Source: a virus (Duplodnaviria; Heunggongvirae; Uroviricota; Caudoviricetes). Taken from it: a stretch of DNA of 64,000 nt. Made by a program: the position numbers and the translations under genes. The stretch spans positions 18,331 through 82,330 of IMG/VR virus record IMGVR_UViG_3300005535_000017; one strand, written 5' to 3'. This document shows positions 28,577 to 38,900 of the stretch, piece by piece; the stretch's first letter is position 1; the number at the start of each line of letters is the position of its first letter. The notes beneath the pieces are model-generated. The model made no database searches. It was not told the origin of the DNA and saw only the letters and a list, made by a program, of their open reading frames with translations.

Positions 28577-31500
28577 ATGGCGTCCTCGGACGATCTGAAG
28601 AACTTCGTCGAGAACCTCCTCACGTCGTATGATCCGACGATCGACCTCTCTCCCGGCTCGCCGGCGGAGACCCAGATCGTGCAGCCCATCCTCGATAGGT
28701 TTGCTGCCGACCCGTTTGCGACGGATATCCCGACCTTCCTGCGTGATCGCCTCCTCCAAGAGTTCCCAGCTCTGGCGGCAGACAATGGCGGGCAGCTCGA
28801 AGATCTCATCACTAACCCGATGCAGATGTTCCTGGAGCCCTTCAAGAGGGAAATCCAGACGGTCAAGACCAACCAGTCGGTGGTGAATGCCGAGCTGATG
28901 GCTGACTCCGAGGCAGATGCCCTCGGTGCGAACTTCTTCGAGCCCCGTGAGGCGGGTGACTTCTCCGGCGGTTTGGTGCGCCTCTACTTCGCCGCCCCCG
29001 TGACGGTGAACGTCACGACCGACAAGAAGATCTACACGAACACGGGTCTCAACTTCTTCCCGGTCGAGAACTTCAAGATCACCACCGCGCAGATGCTCTT
29101 CAATCGTCAGGGCAACCTCTACTTCATGGACATCACCGTCCAGGCAGAGAATCCCGGCGACCAGTACAACGTTGCTGTCGGTGCGATCGCCAACATCGAC
29201 GACGTGCCCGGCGTGGTGAAGGTCTCGAACCTCTCCGCGTTCACGGACGGAAATCCTCGCGAAGACAACGCCACCTACCTCGGGCGCATTCCGCAGGCCC
29301 TCACCGAGCGCTCCCTCGTCACCCAGCGTGGTATCGAGGCTCGCATTCCCGACCTCTTCACGTCGGTTCGGGCGCTCAGCATCATCGGTGCCGGCGACCC
29401 GGGAATGGACCGGGACATCCTCAAGGGCACGAGTGAGGGCTTCCTCCATCTCGCAGGCAGTGCGACCTACTACGGTGAGTGGCTCATCATCTCGAACCTC
29501 ATTTATCGAGATGGTGGACCAAACGGCGATATCGTCATCCAAGCGGGAGATCTCGTTCGCTTCAAGCCGAGCTCTGGTAGCACGGTCTACGAAGCGCACA
29601 TCTCAGTGGTGGTGCCGGCCACGACGCTGGCGGCATCGACAGAGTACATCCTCATTCTGGATACGACTCTGCCGGTGACTGCCCCAAGCAGCGGCTCGTT
29701 CGCGCTTTTCAAGAGCGGCTTCATCACCATCTCGGAAGTGCCGGGAGGCATTGCCTCCAACGTTCAGGTCGCTGATGGCACCGTCCATCTTGGCGGTCAC
29801 ACGGACGTCTTCGTTCGCCCCAACAGCGATACGACGCTTCAGGACAGCCTCCCCAACATCACCGACGACAGTCCTGTCTTGGCGATCGCTGGCAACGCGG
29901 CTTCGAACTTCCGCATCAACGGCTCGACTGGTAGCCCAACCAACATCGCGTTCAGCGGTGGAACGTCTCCCATCGACTTCGTCCAGGCTGGCGTCCAAGT
30001 AGGAGACATCGTCATCATCGAGACGTCTGCCTTGGCCGGCTCCTACCGAGTCCTGGCGATCAACGATCCCGACGAGTTCAGCCTTCGTCTGGATACGCTC
30101 TTCACGCAGACCCAGACACAGCTTCGCGCCCGAATCGTTCGGAACATCCACATCGACCTGGTCGAGCCGAAGATTCCCAAGCTCCCGTTCGATACCGGCT
30201 CTGTCTCGGACTTGAGCACGACCGTCGGTTCGAAGCTCTTCCGACTGACGACCATCAACATCCAGTCGTTCGGGGCAGTGGTGGGCGATACCATCCGTGT
30301 GTTGGATGGACCAGATGCGGGGGACTTCGCCATCACCGGGTTCGACACGGTGCTGGGCGGGCAGGGCCCCATCGTCGACCGCGCAGCCGGCGCCTCGACA
30401 GCGAACCTCCGCTACGAGGTGTTCACGCCGTCGCCGGGCCTCACATTGCCCTTGGTGCGCATCAAGGGGATCGAGATCCTCGACTCGACCAACCAAGGCA
30501 CGGGCATCACCGTCCCGTACGGTGACGCGGTCGATATTCGACCGACCTGCGACTTCCAGGGTGCTGCGAACGAGGTGCGGGTCCTCGACAGCCAGATCTT
30601 CATCTTCCCGGATGCGACCGGTTTGTGGCCGCTCTCGAACACTGGTGTCACGCCAGGGGCGAATCACGACGCTCGCTACTCTCAGGAGATCCAGAGCTTC
30701 GACGGTTTCTACCGACCCATCACGACCCAGAACGGTGGCAACCCCATCACGCAGAACGAGGTGAACATCCCTCCGTTCCTCTACGATGGGAATCGCAACA
30801 AGCTGCTGGCGTTCACAACGAGGAAGGACCCGAACTTCACCGCTTTCCCGGGTGGAGACAACCGAACGAGTGATGTTGCAGAGGCGAAGATCGGAGACTC
30901 GCTGACCATCCTCGATGGGCCGAATCAGGGCTCGTACCTCATCACCGATCTCCGCGTCCTCGACATGTGGTCGGTGACAGACGCCGGCCACCAGAAGATC
31001 GCGGTCGTGCAGGTCGACCCTCCGTTCCCCGTCGATCCGGTCAAGACGATGATGAATCTCATCGCCGCAGTGACGCCGGGAAGTGCCATCACCGGTACCG
31101 ATCTTTTGAAGACGATTCAGTACTCAACGGACTTCTTCAATGGAAGCGGGTTCTGGAGTCTGCTGCAGGGTCGTCTGCAGGCGGTGATGACGGCGTTGTC
31201 GATCACCATTTCGAATGGCGATCTCAACGCACTGACGAAGAGCTTGTCCTTTACGGGCTACTCCGTCGGACCGTCCGCCAGAGGCACACTGCGTGTCTAC
31301 TTCCAGGAACCTGTCTCTGCTGAGTTCCGGTCTGGCATCAATCCGACCCGCTTCGTCGATCTTCTGCAGCCGAGTCGTGTCTTCCGGCTGGACCCAGTTC
31401 TGCCGGACGCTCAAGTGTTGCCGGAGTCGGAGACTCAGACACCTCCGTCTCAGTGGAGCCGGAACACCTCTGAGCGCTGGTTTGTGAACGGAGGCTCGCC

Positions 31501-33286
31501 GGACGCCAACGCCTTCATCACGACCGGCTCGGCTTACATCAAGAGAGGCGTCGAAGACGGAGACGAGTACGAGTACTACCCGGCCATCAATGACTTCCCG
31601 GCTCGAGACCAGATGCAATCGAGCTGGGTCTGCGTGACGCAGGCTGGCTCAAATGTCATCACGGTCCTCTTGCCAGCCGTTCCTGGACACCTGACGTTCA
31701 TTCAACCGGGGCAGCTCTTCTTCATCGATAGCGGTCCCGACATCGGCGCCTACAACATCACCGAGGTGATCACCGACGAGCTCGACGGCAGCGGTGCCAA
31801 TCCCGATCGGCCGGTGGTGCAGTTCCGCATCGACAAGACGATGACGCACTCGACGGCGGGCGTGCCGGGCAGCCTCGATCTATCGCCAACGGCGCGACCG
31901 GCAATGCCGAGCGACTTCAGCACTGGAACGACCCGAGTCATCTCTTCGCAAGCGCGCCTCTACCACCCGTCGTTTGCATCGGCCGCATCACCGAACGTCG
32001 ACTGGGTGTCCATCTACGCGGTGGCTAATACGACTGTCGAAGAGTTCGGGGACGACGTGGCCTACCTCGGAACCTTCTTGGTCATCGATCAGCAGTCGGA
32101 TATCAACGGCGACTACGTGGTCTTGGACCGCTCACCTGCGTTTCCCGACGCGTCCACGTCGCCAGCGACAGCCTATCCGAGCACGGCTCAGGTCTTCTGG
32201 ATTCTCCACAGTGCGCCCGATGCTACGCCTACGTCGACCTCTGGCGGAGGGACGGCCCTCTCCAATCAGTACGTTCGCTGCCGTCTCTACGATTCGGTTC
32301 CGCAGACTCGGTTTGTGAACATTCCTTGGTCGTCGGGAAACCCGCTCATCGATCACATCCCGGACCTATTGCCGTCGGACCCGAATTACACGGCCAGCTC
32401 TGAGCAGATCAAGCTGAAAGACAAGACTGGCGCGGATAGTCCCATCAGCAGCTCGGGTAACTTCCTAGGCCTCACAAACCAGTCGTTCTATGAGCATTGG
32501 TCTCCTTATCGAGTGCTGCGCCAAGGCATCCACAAGATCTCCTCGACGGCGATGGCTCTGCAGCGAGAGGGGGCTCTCTACTTCGTCGATCTACCGGCGG
32601 TTGGGTACGGGCCGCAGTCTGAGATGAACATCGCCGAGGACACGGCGCTCGGCATCAAGGAGAACGCCAAGATCGATGGTTACCAGCTCGTGGTGGACAA
32701 CAGCATCTTCACATTCTCCGACCAAGAGCAGGTCTCGATCGTCATCCCGCCGTCAATCTTGCCGGTCGGCTCGACGCCTGGAATCGTCAATGAAATCGAC
32801 CTGGCAGGGCAGACGATTCAGATCACCTACGACAATGCGCCGCTTGCAGAGGAACTGCAGAGGTTCTTCAACTCGCCTCTGGATCGCGTCGTGGTGGCGA
32901 ACTACCTCATCCGCCATTTCTTGCCAGCGTACGTCTTCCTCGATGTGGCCTACGTGGGCGGTAGCGACACGAGCGTTGTGGCGAAGGATCTCATCAACTA
33001 CATCAATACGGTTCCGCCGTCGGTCAATCAGTTAGTGGCAAGCCAGGTCGAGAACATCGCTGTTCGTCGTGGGGCGACGAAGGTGACTCTACCTCTCACG
33101 CTCATCGCGCTCGTTCACGACATCGATAGGAAGATCCGTGGTCTTCGGTCCAAGAATGCGATTGGCGCTGGAGACGTCCCTATCTTCAACGGGACATACG
33201 CTCAGACGTACTTCATCGCCGGGCCAGATACGTCGAACACGCAGCCGAGGCCGGACGGTGAGCAGGTGTTTTTGACAAGGACCTAA
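28577..33286 (+). CDS. Baseplate J/gp6-like protein with large insertions
   Basis: DALGANFFEPR...GLVRLYF...VQAENPGDQYNV...FTDGNPREDNATYLGRI...RSLVTQRGI; C-terminal SVVAKDLINYIN. Confidence 0.75.
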   Translation: MASSDDLKNFVENLLTSYDPTIDLSPGSPAETQIVQPILDRFAADPFATDIPTFLRDRLLQEFPALAADNGGQLEDLITNPMQMFLEPFKREIQTVKTNQSVVNAELMADSEADALGANFFEPREAGDFSGGLVRLYFAAPVTVNVTTDKKIYTNTGLNFFPVENFKITTAQMLFNRQGNLYFMDITVQAENPGDQYNVAVGAIANIDDVPGVVKVSNLSAFTDGNPREDNATYLGRIPQALTERSLVTQRGIEARIPDLFTSVRALSIIGAGDPGMDRDILKGTSEGFLHLAGSATYYGEWLIISNLIYRDGGPNGDIVIQAGDLVRFKPSSGSTVYEAHISVVVPATTLAASTEYILILDTTLPVTAPSSGSFALFKSGFITISEVPGGIASNVQVADGTVHLGGHTDVFVRPNSDTTLQDSLPNITDDSPVLAIAGNAASNFRINGSTGSPTNIAFSGGTSPIDFVQAGVQVGDIVIIETSALAGSYRVLAINDPDEFSLRLDTLFTQTQTQLRARIVRNIHIDLVEPKIPKLPFDTGSVSDLSTTVGSKLFRLTTINIQSFGAVVGDTIRVLDGPDAGDFAITGFDTVLGGQGPIVDRAAGASTANLRYEVFTPSPGLTLPLVRIKGIEILDSTNQGTGITVPYGDAVDIRPTCDFQGAANEVRVLDSQIFIFPDATGLWPLSNTGVTPGANHDARYSQEIQSFDGFYRPITTQNGGNPITQNEVNIPPFLYDGNRNKLLAFTTRKDPNFTAFPGGDNRTSDVAEAKIGDSLTILDGPNQGSYLITDLRVLDMWSVTDAGHQKIAVVQVDPPFPVDPVKTMMNLIAAVTPGSAITGTDLLKTIQYSTDFFNGSGFWSLLQGRLQAVMTALSITISNGDLNALTKSLSFTGYSVGPSARGTLRVYFQEPVSAEFRSGINPTRFVDLLQPSRVFRLDPVLPDAQVLPESETQTPPSQWSRNTSERWFVNGGSPDANAFITTGSAYIKRGVEDGDEYEYYPAINDFPARDQMQSSWVCVTQAGSNVITVLLPAVPGHLTFIQPGQLFFIDSGPDIGAYNITEVITDELDGSGANPDRPVVQFRIDKTMTHSTAGVPGSLDLSPTARPAMPSDFSTGTTRVISSQARLYHPSFASAASPNVDWVSIYAVANTTVEEFGDDVAYLGTFLVIDQQSDINGDYVVLDRSPAFPDASTSPATAYPSTAQVFWILHSAPDATPTSTSGGGTALSNQYVRCRLYDSVPQTRFVNIPWSSGNPLIDHIPDLLPSDPNYTASSEQIKLKDKTGADSPISSSGNFLGLTNQSFYEHWSPYRVLRQGIHKISSTAMALQREGALYFVDLPAVGYGPQSEMNIAEDTALGIKENAKIDGYQLVVDNSIFTFSDQEQVSIVIPPSILPVGSTPGIVNEIDLAGQTIQITYDNAPLAEELQRFFNSPLDRVVVANYLIRHFLPAYVFLDVAYVGGSDTSVVAKDLINYINTVPPSVNQLVASQVENIAVRRGATKVTLPLTLIALVHDIDRKIRGLRSKNAIGAGDVPIFNGTYAQTYFIAGPDTSNTQPRPDGEQVFLTRT

Positions 33287-33582
33287 GTGCCAAGGGGCTG
33301 ATCCGGCCCCTTCACTTCAATCTTCGTGTTGGGCTCGAACTCGCACCCGCAAGTGCGGCACTTAGCTAAAAAATTGGGCAGTATGGCGTTGCCGCGGAAG
33401 AGCTGTCGAGTGTTCACGATCGGCATGACCTCACTCCCGCAGCGATAGCAGGAGAGGCTCTTGAAGAACCTCTGGTGCTCTTCGAGGGCTGGCTGCAAGA
33501 TGTTCTTGTGTCCCTCCAATGCCTTGCGGACATCCTCGGGCTTCATCTCCTGGAACACCATTGTTGACCGGCGCTTGTCCAC
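33283..33582 (-). CDS. Small zinc-ribbon protein, antisense within the late module (alternative start ATG 33561)
   Basis: CYRC...CRTC; fills the gap between two + genes. Confidence 0.7.
   Translation of the reverse strand: MDKRRSTMVFQEMKPEDVRKALEGHKNILQPALEEHQRFFKSLSCYRCGSEVMPIVNTRQLFRGNAILPNFLAKCRTCGCEFEPNTKIEVKGPDQPLGT
33292..33312. terminator. Hairpin at the convergent gene junction
   Basis: AAGGGGC/GCCCCTT inverted repeat just after the baseplate J stop. Confidence 0.4.
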
Positions 33583-33633
33583 GTCGGTAGACTACCACAG
33601 CAAGTACATACTCGATGAAGGAGATAGACCGCG

Positions 33634-35940
33634 GTGACCCTCTTCATCAGCAATCCTTCTCGAGGCGGTGCAGCTCCTTCTGCCGCCGGTGACCCAGTAG
33701 GGGTGAAGGCGACGGACCCGATCCAGGTCTCTCTTCGAGACGACTCTTCGTTTGTCGACATCACCGACATTCAAGTCGATGTCGGCTACTCCCGGGCGCA
33801 CGCTCTTGGTACCGGCGGCACTTTCGATCTTCAACTGCCGCGGACCAAGCTGGGATCGATCTTCAATCCCGGCCAGTTCCCAGCCAACACAACCATCGCC
33901 ACAGTTGGGTCAGAGGTCCAGGTCACCAAGACAAGCGGGCAGCCGGGCGCCTCGGTCTACTTCACCTCTCTTGACCGCGGCGACGCACTCGATATGAGTG
34001 CTGTCTTCACCTCCGTCTTCCACGTCATCACAGCCAGCACCTATGCCCCGAGCGACCCGATCGGTCCGGTGATCGGCCTCGAGCACGGTCCGAGAAACAC
34101 AGCGGTCTACTGCTTCTTCACGGATGACGGCGTCACCAAGAAGATCCGCATCTGCGGCCCCTCCACTCTTGGAGTGCGGGCCCCGGATACGTCGGTGACG
34201 TACGACTGGAGTACCAACCCAGAGAACCAGTACGTCATCTTCTGGAACGAGGCGAAGAAGCAAGTCGAGGTCTGGGTCGACAACACGGCAGGTGCGGGCG
34301 GCATCGGGACAACGACGCAGCTTGCCGCAATTCCCATCGACCAGTTCCAGCCGTTCTCAGGAGTTTCCGTCCCGGCGGGTGGGGCGAACGACATCACTGG
34401 CATCTACGGAGTGGAGGGGAGCTCAGGAACGTCGGCTGGCATCGCCGGCGTGGCGGTTGGTACCGATGCCGGGTTCCCCTTCATCAATGGCGGGCGTACA
34501 GGCGGCTGGAAGACGTACCTCGACACGGACATCAGCGTCGGGTTCTCTGGTACCGTCAATCCTACGAGGCAGCCGAGAGGTGGGGCGTGGTTCAAGGCAA
34601 CAAGCAACCTCGACGCGGCGGGTCAAATCATCCCATCGGCAGGCGGGTACTGCAGGCTGCTGAAGAACACTCCTGCGAAGAACTTCAGCATCTTCAGGAG
34701 CGACCCCGGATTCGCAAGAACGGCGACGGACGGAATTCTGCTGGAATTCAAGTGTGCTACGTCGACGAGTGGTGGGGTTGGTTTTGAGACTGGAGCGGCA
34801 ATCCAGATCTCGGACGGCACAAGCTTGTTCGAGCTCGACTTCTTGTTCGACGGGGCGACCCACAATATCGGACTCTTGAAGAACGGAGGTAATCCGAGCA
34901 CGCCGGCGGATCACTTCCTCTCGACCACGCCGATCGACTACACCCTCAGAACGCTACGGCTCGTCATCGATCCAAGGCGAGGTCTCATCGACCTGTTCGA
35001 TGCCGCGGATTTGACGACCCCTCTCGTCACGTGGCCTCTTGATCGAATGCAACTGCCCTCGGCAGCTACGACGCAGATCGCTGTTGGACTGCCCATTACC
35101 ACTACGCAGGCTGTTGGGGCGTTCGACCTCTACAGCCTGAAGTACTCGTACATCTACCAAGCCTGGGAAGTGCGAGACATAGTTCTGCCTACGGGGGCAA
35201 ATCCGGCGTTCGCTCAGAGCTCGTCCGGGACGGCTGGGGGACCGCTGAATGAGGCTGTGATGCCTGGAGTTCTCCCGCTGCCTTACACCTCCGGGGGTGG
35301 AGGTGGTGGATCTGGTACGGCTTTGCTCGAGGCGGACGGCCTTCACATTATCTGCGCCGGTGGAGCCCTGCTCTACTATACCCGCGCCGCTTTCATCGAC
35401 GTGAACAGAGGTGGCGTTGTCGAAGTGGGCATGAAGGTCGATGCGTGGCACGAGCTCGAGCGGACTGGGGCGTACGTCATCCTGGATGACAGTATCAAGG
35501 CGTACATGCTCTCGTTCGTCGAGACTGCCGAGGGACGGTTCGTCTGTGTTCCACTGGCGGCAGGTGTTCTTCAGTTCCAAGAGTATGCCGGCGAGACCGG
35601 GCCCGCGTCCAAGCTGAGTGTTGCGGTCGACTGGACGGTCTTCCACACCTATCGGCTCGAGCGCCGCCCGAGAGATGGAGTTTACCTCTACATCGACAAC
35701 AAGCTGGCTCTCGTCATCCCGGACACGGCCCGCTACGCTTTCCCACAGACACAGCTCAGCCTTCCTGCTATAGCCTTTGGGCAGTTCTCTCAGGAAGGAG
35801 CAGAGACCGTGTGGAAGTTCGTCAGAGGCTCCTTCGGATCTGGCTACGAGATTTCCACGATTCTCGATCGGCCGGAGAGCGAGCTGAACAAGAGACTCAA
35901 CAACGTCCGGGCAACCATCGTGGTCAGCGCGGGGCCGTAG
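33634..35940 (+). CDS. Baseplate-associated protein with ConA/LamG-like lectin domains
   Basis: AAGGAG RBS; DWTVFHTYRL...VYLYIDN and YDWS...YVIFWN...VEVWVD patterns. Confidence 0.55.
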   Translation: MTLFISNPSRGGAAPSAAGDPVGVKATDPIQVSLRDDSSFVDITDIQVDVGYSRAHALGTGGTFDLQLPRTKLGSIFNPGQFPANTTIATVGSEVQVTKTSGQPGASVYFTSLDRGDALDMSAVFTSVFHVITASTYAPSDPIGPVIGLEHGPRNTAVYCFFTDDGVTKKIRICGPSTLGVRAPDTSVTYDWSTNPENQYVIFWNEAKKQVEVWVDNTAGAGGIGTTTQLAAIPIDQFQPFSGVSVPAGGANDITGIYGVEGSSGTSAGIAGVAVGTDAGFPFINGGRTGGWKTYLDTDISVGFSGTVNPTRQPRGGAWFKATSNLDAAGQIIPSAGGYCRLLKNTPAKNFSIFRSDPGFARTATDGILLEFKCATSTSGGVGFETGAAIQISDGTSLFELDFLFDGATHNIGLLKNGGNPSTPADHFLSTTPIDYTLRTLRLVIDPRRGLIDLFDAADLTTPLVTWPLDRMQLPSAATTQIAVGLPITTTQAVGAFDLYSLKYSYIYQAWEVRDIVLPTGANPAFAQSSSGTAGGPLNEAVMPGVLPLPYTSGGGGGGSGTALLEADGLHIICAGGALLYYTRAAFIDVNRGGVVEVGMKVDAWHELERTGAYVILDDSIKAYMLSFVETAEGRFVCVPLAAGVLQFQEYAGETGPASKLSVAVDWTVFHTYRLERRPRDGVYLYIDNKLALVIPDTARYAFPQTQLSLPAIAFGQFSQEGAETVWKFVRGSFGSGYEISTILDRPESELNKRLNNVRATIVVSAGP

Positions 35941-35941
35941 C

Positions 35942-38900
35942 GTGACAATCGATTACGCATACACAACCGAAGAAAGCCCTCAACTACCGACGGCCATCAT
36001 CGCGCCCGGTGCCCAAGACACCGTTGTCGGCGCGGTTGTGCGGCTGGACGGCCGCTCCTCGTTCAGCCCCAGCGGACTTGATCTGACCTATCGTTGGAGT
36101 TTCGTGCAGGTCCCGATCGGGTCGCAGGTCCTCGTTGACGGCTTCAAGGATCTCGAGGAAGACAGCTCCGTTGTCAGTTTTGCGCCGGACATCATTGGCC
36201 TCTACGTCGTTCAGCTCATCGTGAACGATGGCAGCTTCGACTCGGCGCCGGTGACGAGCGACGTCAACACCAAGGTGGTCCTCGTCCCCCAGAATCGCGG
36301 CATTGTCCCGGATATGTCTTGGGTCTGGAACTTTCTCTCAGACTTCTGGACAATCGTCGAGCAGCGGGAGCGGTTCGAGACCATCTGGTCGAGCGCGGTG
36401 CAGATCATCGCGGCCGAGCAACTGAAGCTCTGGCAGTACGACTACAACAAGAGCATTCAGGACATCCAAGAAGTCATCCAGAAGAGGTGGATTGCCTACG
36501 AACCGACAATCTCGCTCGATCCCACCCTGTCGTCCTTCGTGCTGGCGGATGACCAGGCAGGTCTGAATGCCTCGACCTTCCTCATCGACACGGTGACGAA
36601 CGGGGCGCAGTCGAATCAGCCGCTGCTGTCGAATCTCATCACCGTGCCGATCGGCGAGGGGAACTTCGCCCTGACGTCCTACGGTTCCGCCATCGCCACG
36701 GGCCGACTCCTGCAGCTCGGCGACCTCGCCTTCACCATGGCTCGCTCCGGCGTCGCTACCAGAGCCGTGAATACTGGAACGGACGGGGCAACGTCTGGCT
36801 CGAGCGACGCATTCCAAGGCAGCGCCTTCTCTGCCGGCATGGCCGGCATGTTGTTGAAGATCCTGACCGGAGCGTCGGCTGGAACGTACTTGATTGCGAC
36901 GGTCACGAGCTCTTCTGTTATCCATGTCCAGACGCTCACCGGCGGGGCTGTCTCCTTCCCCTCGAGCCAGACGGGCCTGAATTACTCGATCTTCCCGAAG
37001 ACCCCAAACAACAACTCCTTCTTCGCAGACCAGAATCTCGTCCCAACGCGCCTCTCTGCGAGACCGTGGCGCTTCAGCCCAACGCTTACGTCGACGCAGT
37101 ACGACTTCGAAGAGCAGGGAGTGTCCCCGGGTGACATTCTCGTGGTTCAAATCACGAGAGTCGACAATCAGCTCTCGTCGACGCTGAATTTACAAGTCGT
37201 TTCGGTCGATAGGGGCAAGATCGGCTTCGTCTTCAATACGCTCGATCTCGTGGATGGAACTCCGGCTGGCGGGCTGTCGCGCGACGATCAGATCAAGCTC
37301 TCGATGGACCTGCAGATTCCGGGACTCATGGTCTCGACGGTGGACAACTCCCTGGTGTATACGGACCAGGCCCTCATCATCAAGACGTTGGTGCAGAGTC
37401 CGTCCTTCAAGCGTCAGTTCTACGAGACGTCTCTCACGTCTGTCATTTCCATCAACCTGGGGCCATTCTCGGTCACCCTGACGCCGCGCTCTGTCATCAG
37501 GAACAGCAAGGTGCTCATCGACGCCTCGGTGAAGTCAATCCCATCGCTTCAGGAGTACATCAAGCAGCCTGTGGTGGTGCAGCAGGACGGAGAACTCTTC
37601 CAGGTGTCCGAGAGCAAGTTGTTCCCGCTCGACCACCCTCCGATCGTCGTTTACCAGAACGCCGACTACATCATCGACGATCAGAGCAACGTCACTGGTA
37701 CGTGTGCGGTGACGAGTGGGTCTGATCTGGTCTCCGTTCCGTTTGGTGACCTGTTCGACCGAGACATTCGAGAAGGCGACACCATCAACATCGAAGATGG
37801 CGTCGTTCAGAACGCTTTTCAGATCATCTCTGTCATCGATCCACAAACTCTTCGAGTCGCTCCTACGCCGGCGTTCACAGAGGCTGTGGCACCGTTCGTC
37901 ATCTCCAGAGCTGTTCCTGGAACCTTCATCCGGTTCACCGAAGGGACGTTCAGTAAGACGAAGCCGGCGCCAAGTCGTCTTTGGGCGGAGGTCACCTTCT
38001 TCGACAACGAGGATTCGGTCGAGAACAACTTCGGCGTCCTCGTCGGTGTTCTTCGTTCTGACCTGTCTTCAGTCGGGGCGACCATCTCCTACAAGAATGC
38101 TGTCGCTGGTCTGATGTACGCTCTGACGAACGGACCAACGGTGGCGAACCTGCAGCTCGCATCGCAGATCTTGCTCGGGCTCCCGTTCACGACCAACGCC
38201 GGAACCATCATCGAGATCGACCCGTCCTTCAAGACGAACGCGGACGGGTCACCTCTCGAGGGTCGTATTCTCATCGCCGCTGAAGATGTCCACGGCACGC
38301 CGTTGGGAATCACGAATATCTACTTCTACCCGCAAGGTCGACAGATCCCAGATCCTGCCAATCCAGGGAAGTGGCTGCCAGCGGACCCGGAGCTCTCCGG
38401 CATCGCTATCAATCCTGCGACTGGTGCAGAGTACACCGTCGGCGACCATGTGGATCGATTCGCGGCGTTGTCGAAGGGCACCCAGGTTCAGGACTATCTC
38501 ACAACGCCGGACCTGCTCACCCAGGCTCTGAATCAGGGCAACACTGCGTTCGCGATTCAGCGTTACCACTCGTTCCAGCTCATCGTGAACGCCGACATCA
38601 CTACTGCTATCGATACGGACTTGGTGGCGCAGTTCATTAGGAGAGCCAAGCCGACGTACACCAAATTGGCTCTAGCACTCTCGAAGGCTCTGGAAGACAC
38701 AGTTGAGGTCGAAGACTCGATGCTCTTCACGGGCACAGTCTTCTTGCACGACAATGCAAGTCAGAACCTTCCCATCTCGGTTGCGTTCGATCCGCAGAGC
38801 GTCGACGGAACGTACCTGAGTGCCGAAGGCGACATGTTCGCCTATTTGATGTATGGGACGGACCTGCAGACTACGCAGGGCAGCAAGAGCTTCGTCTCAC

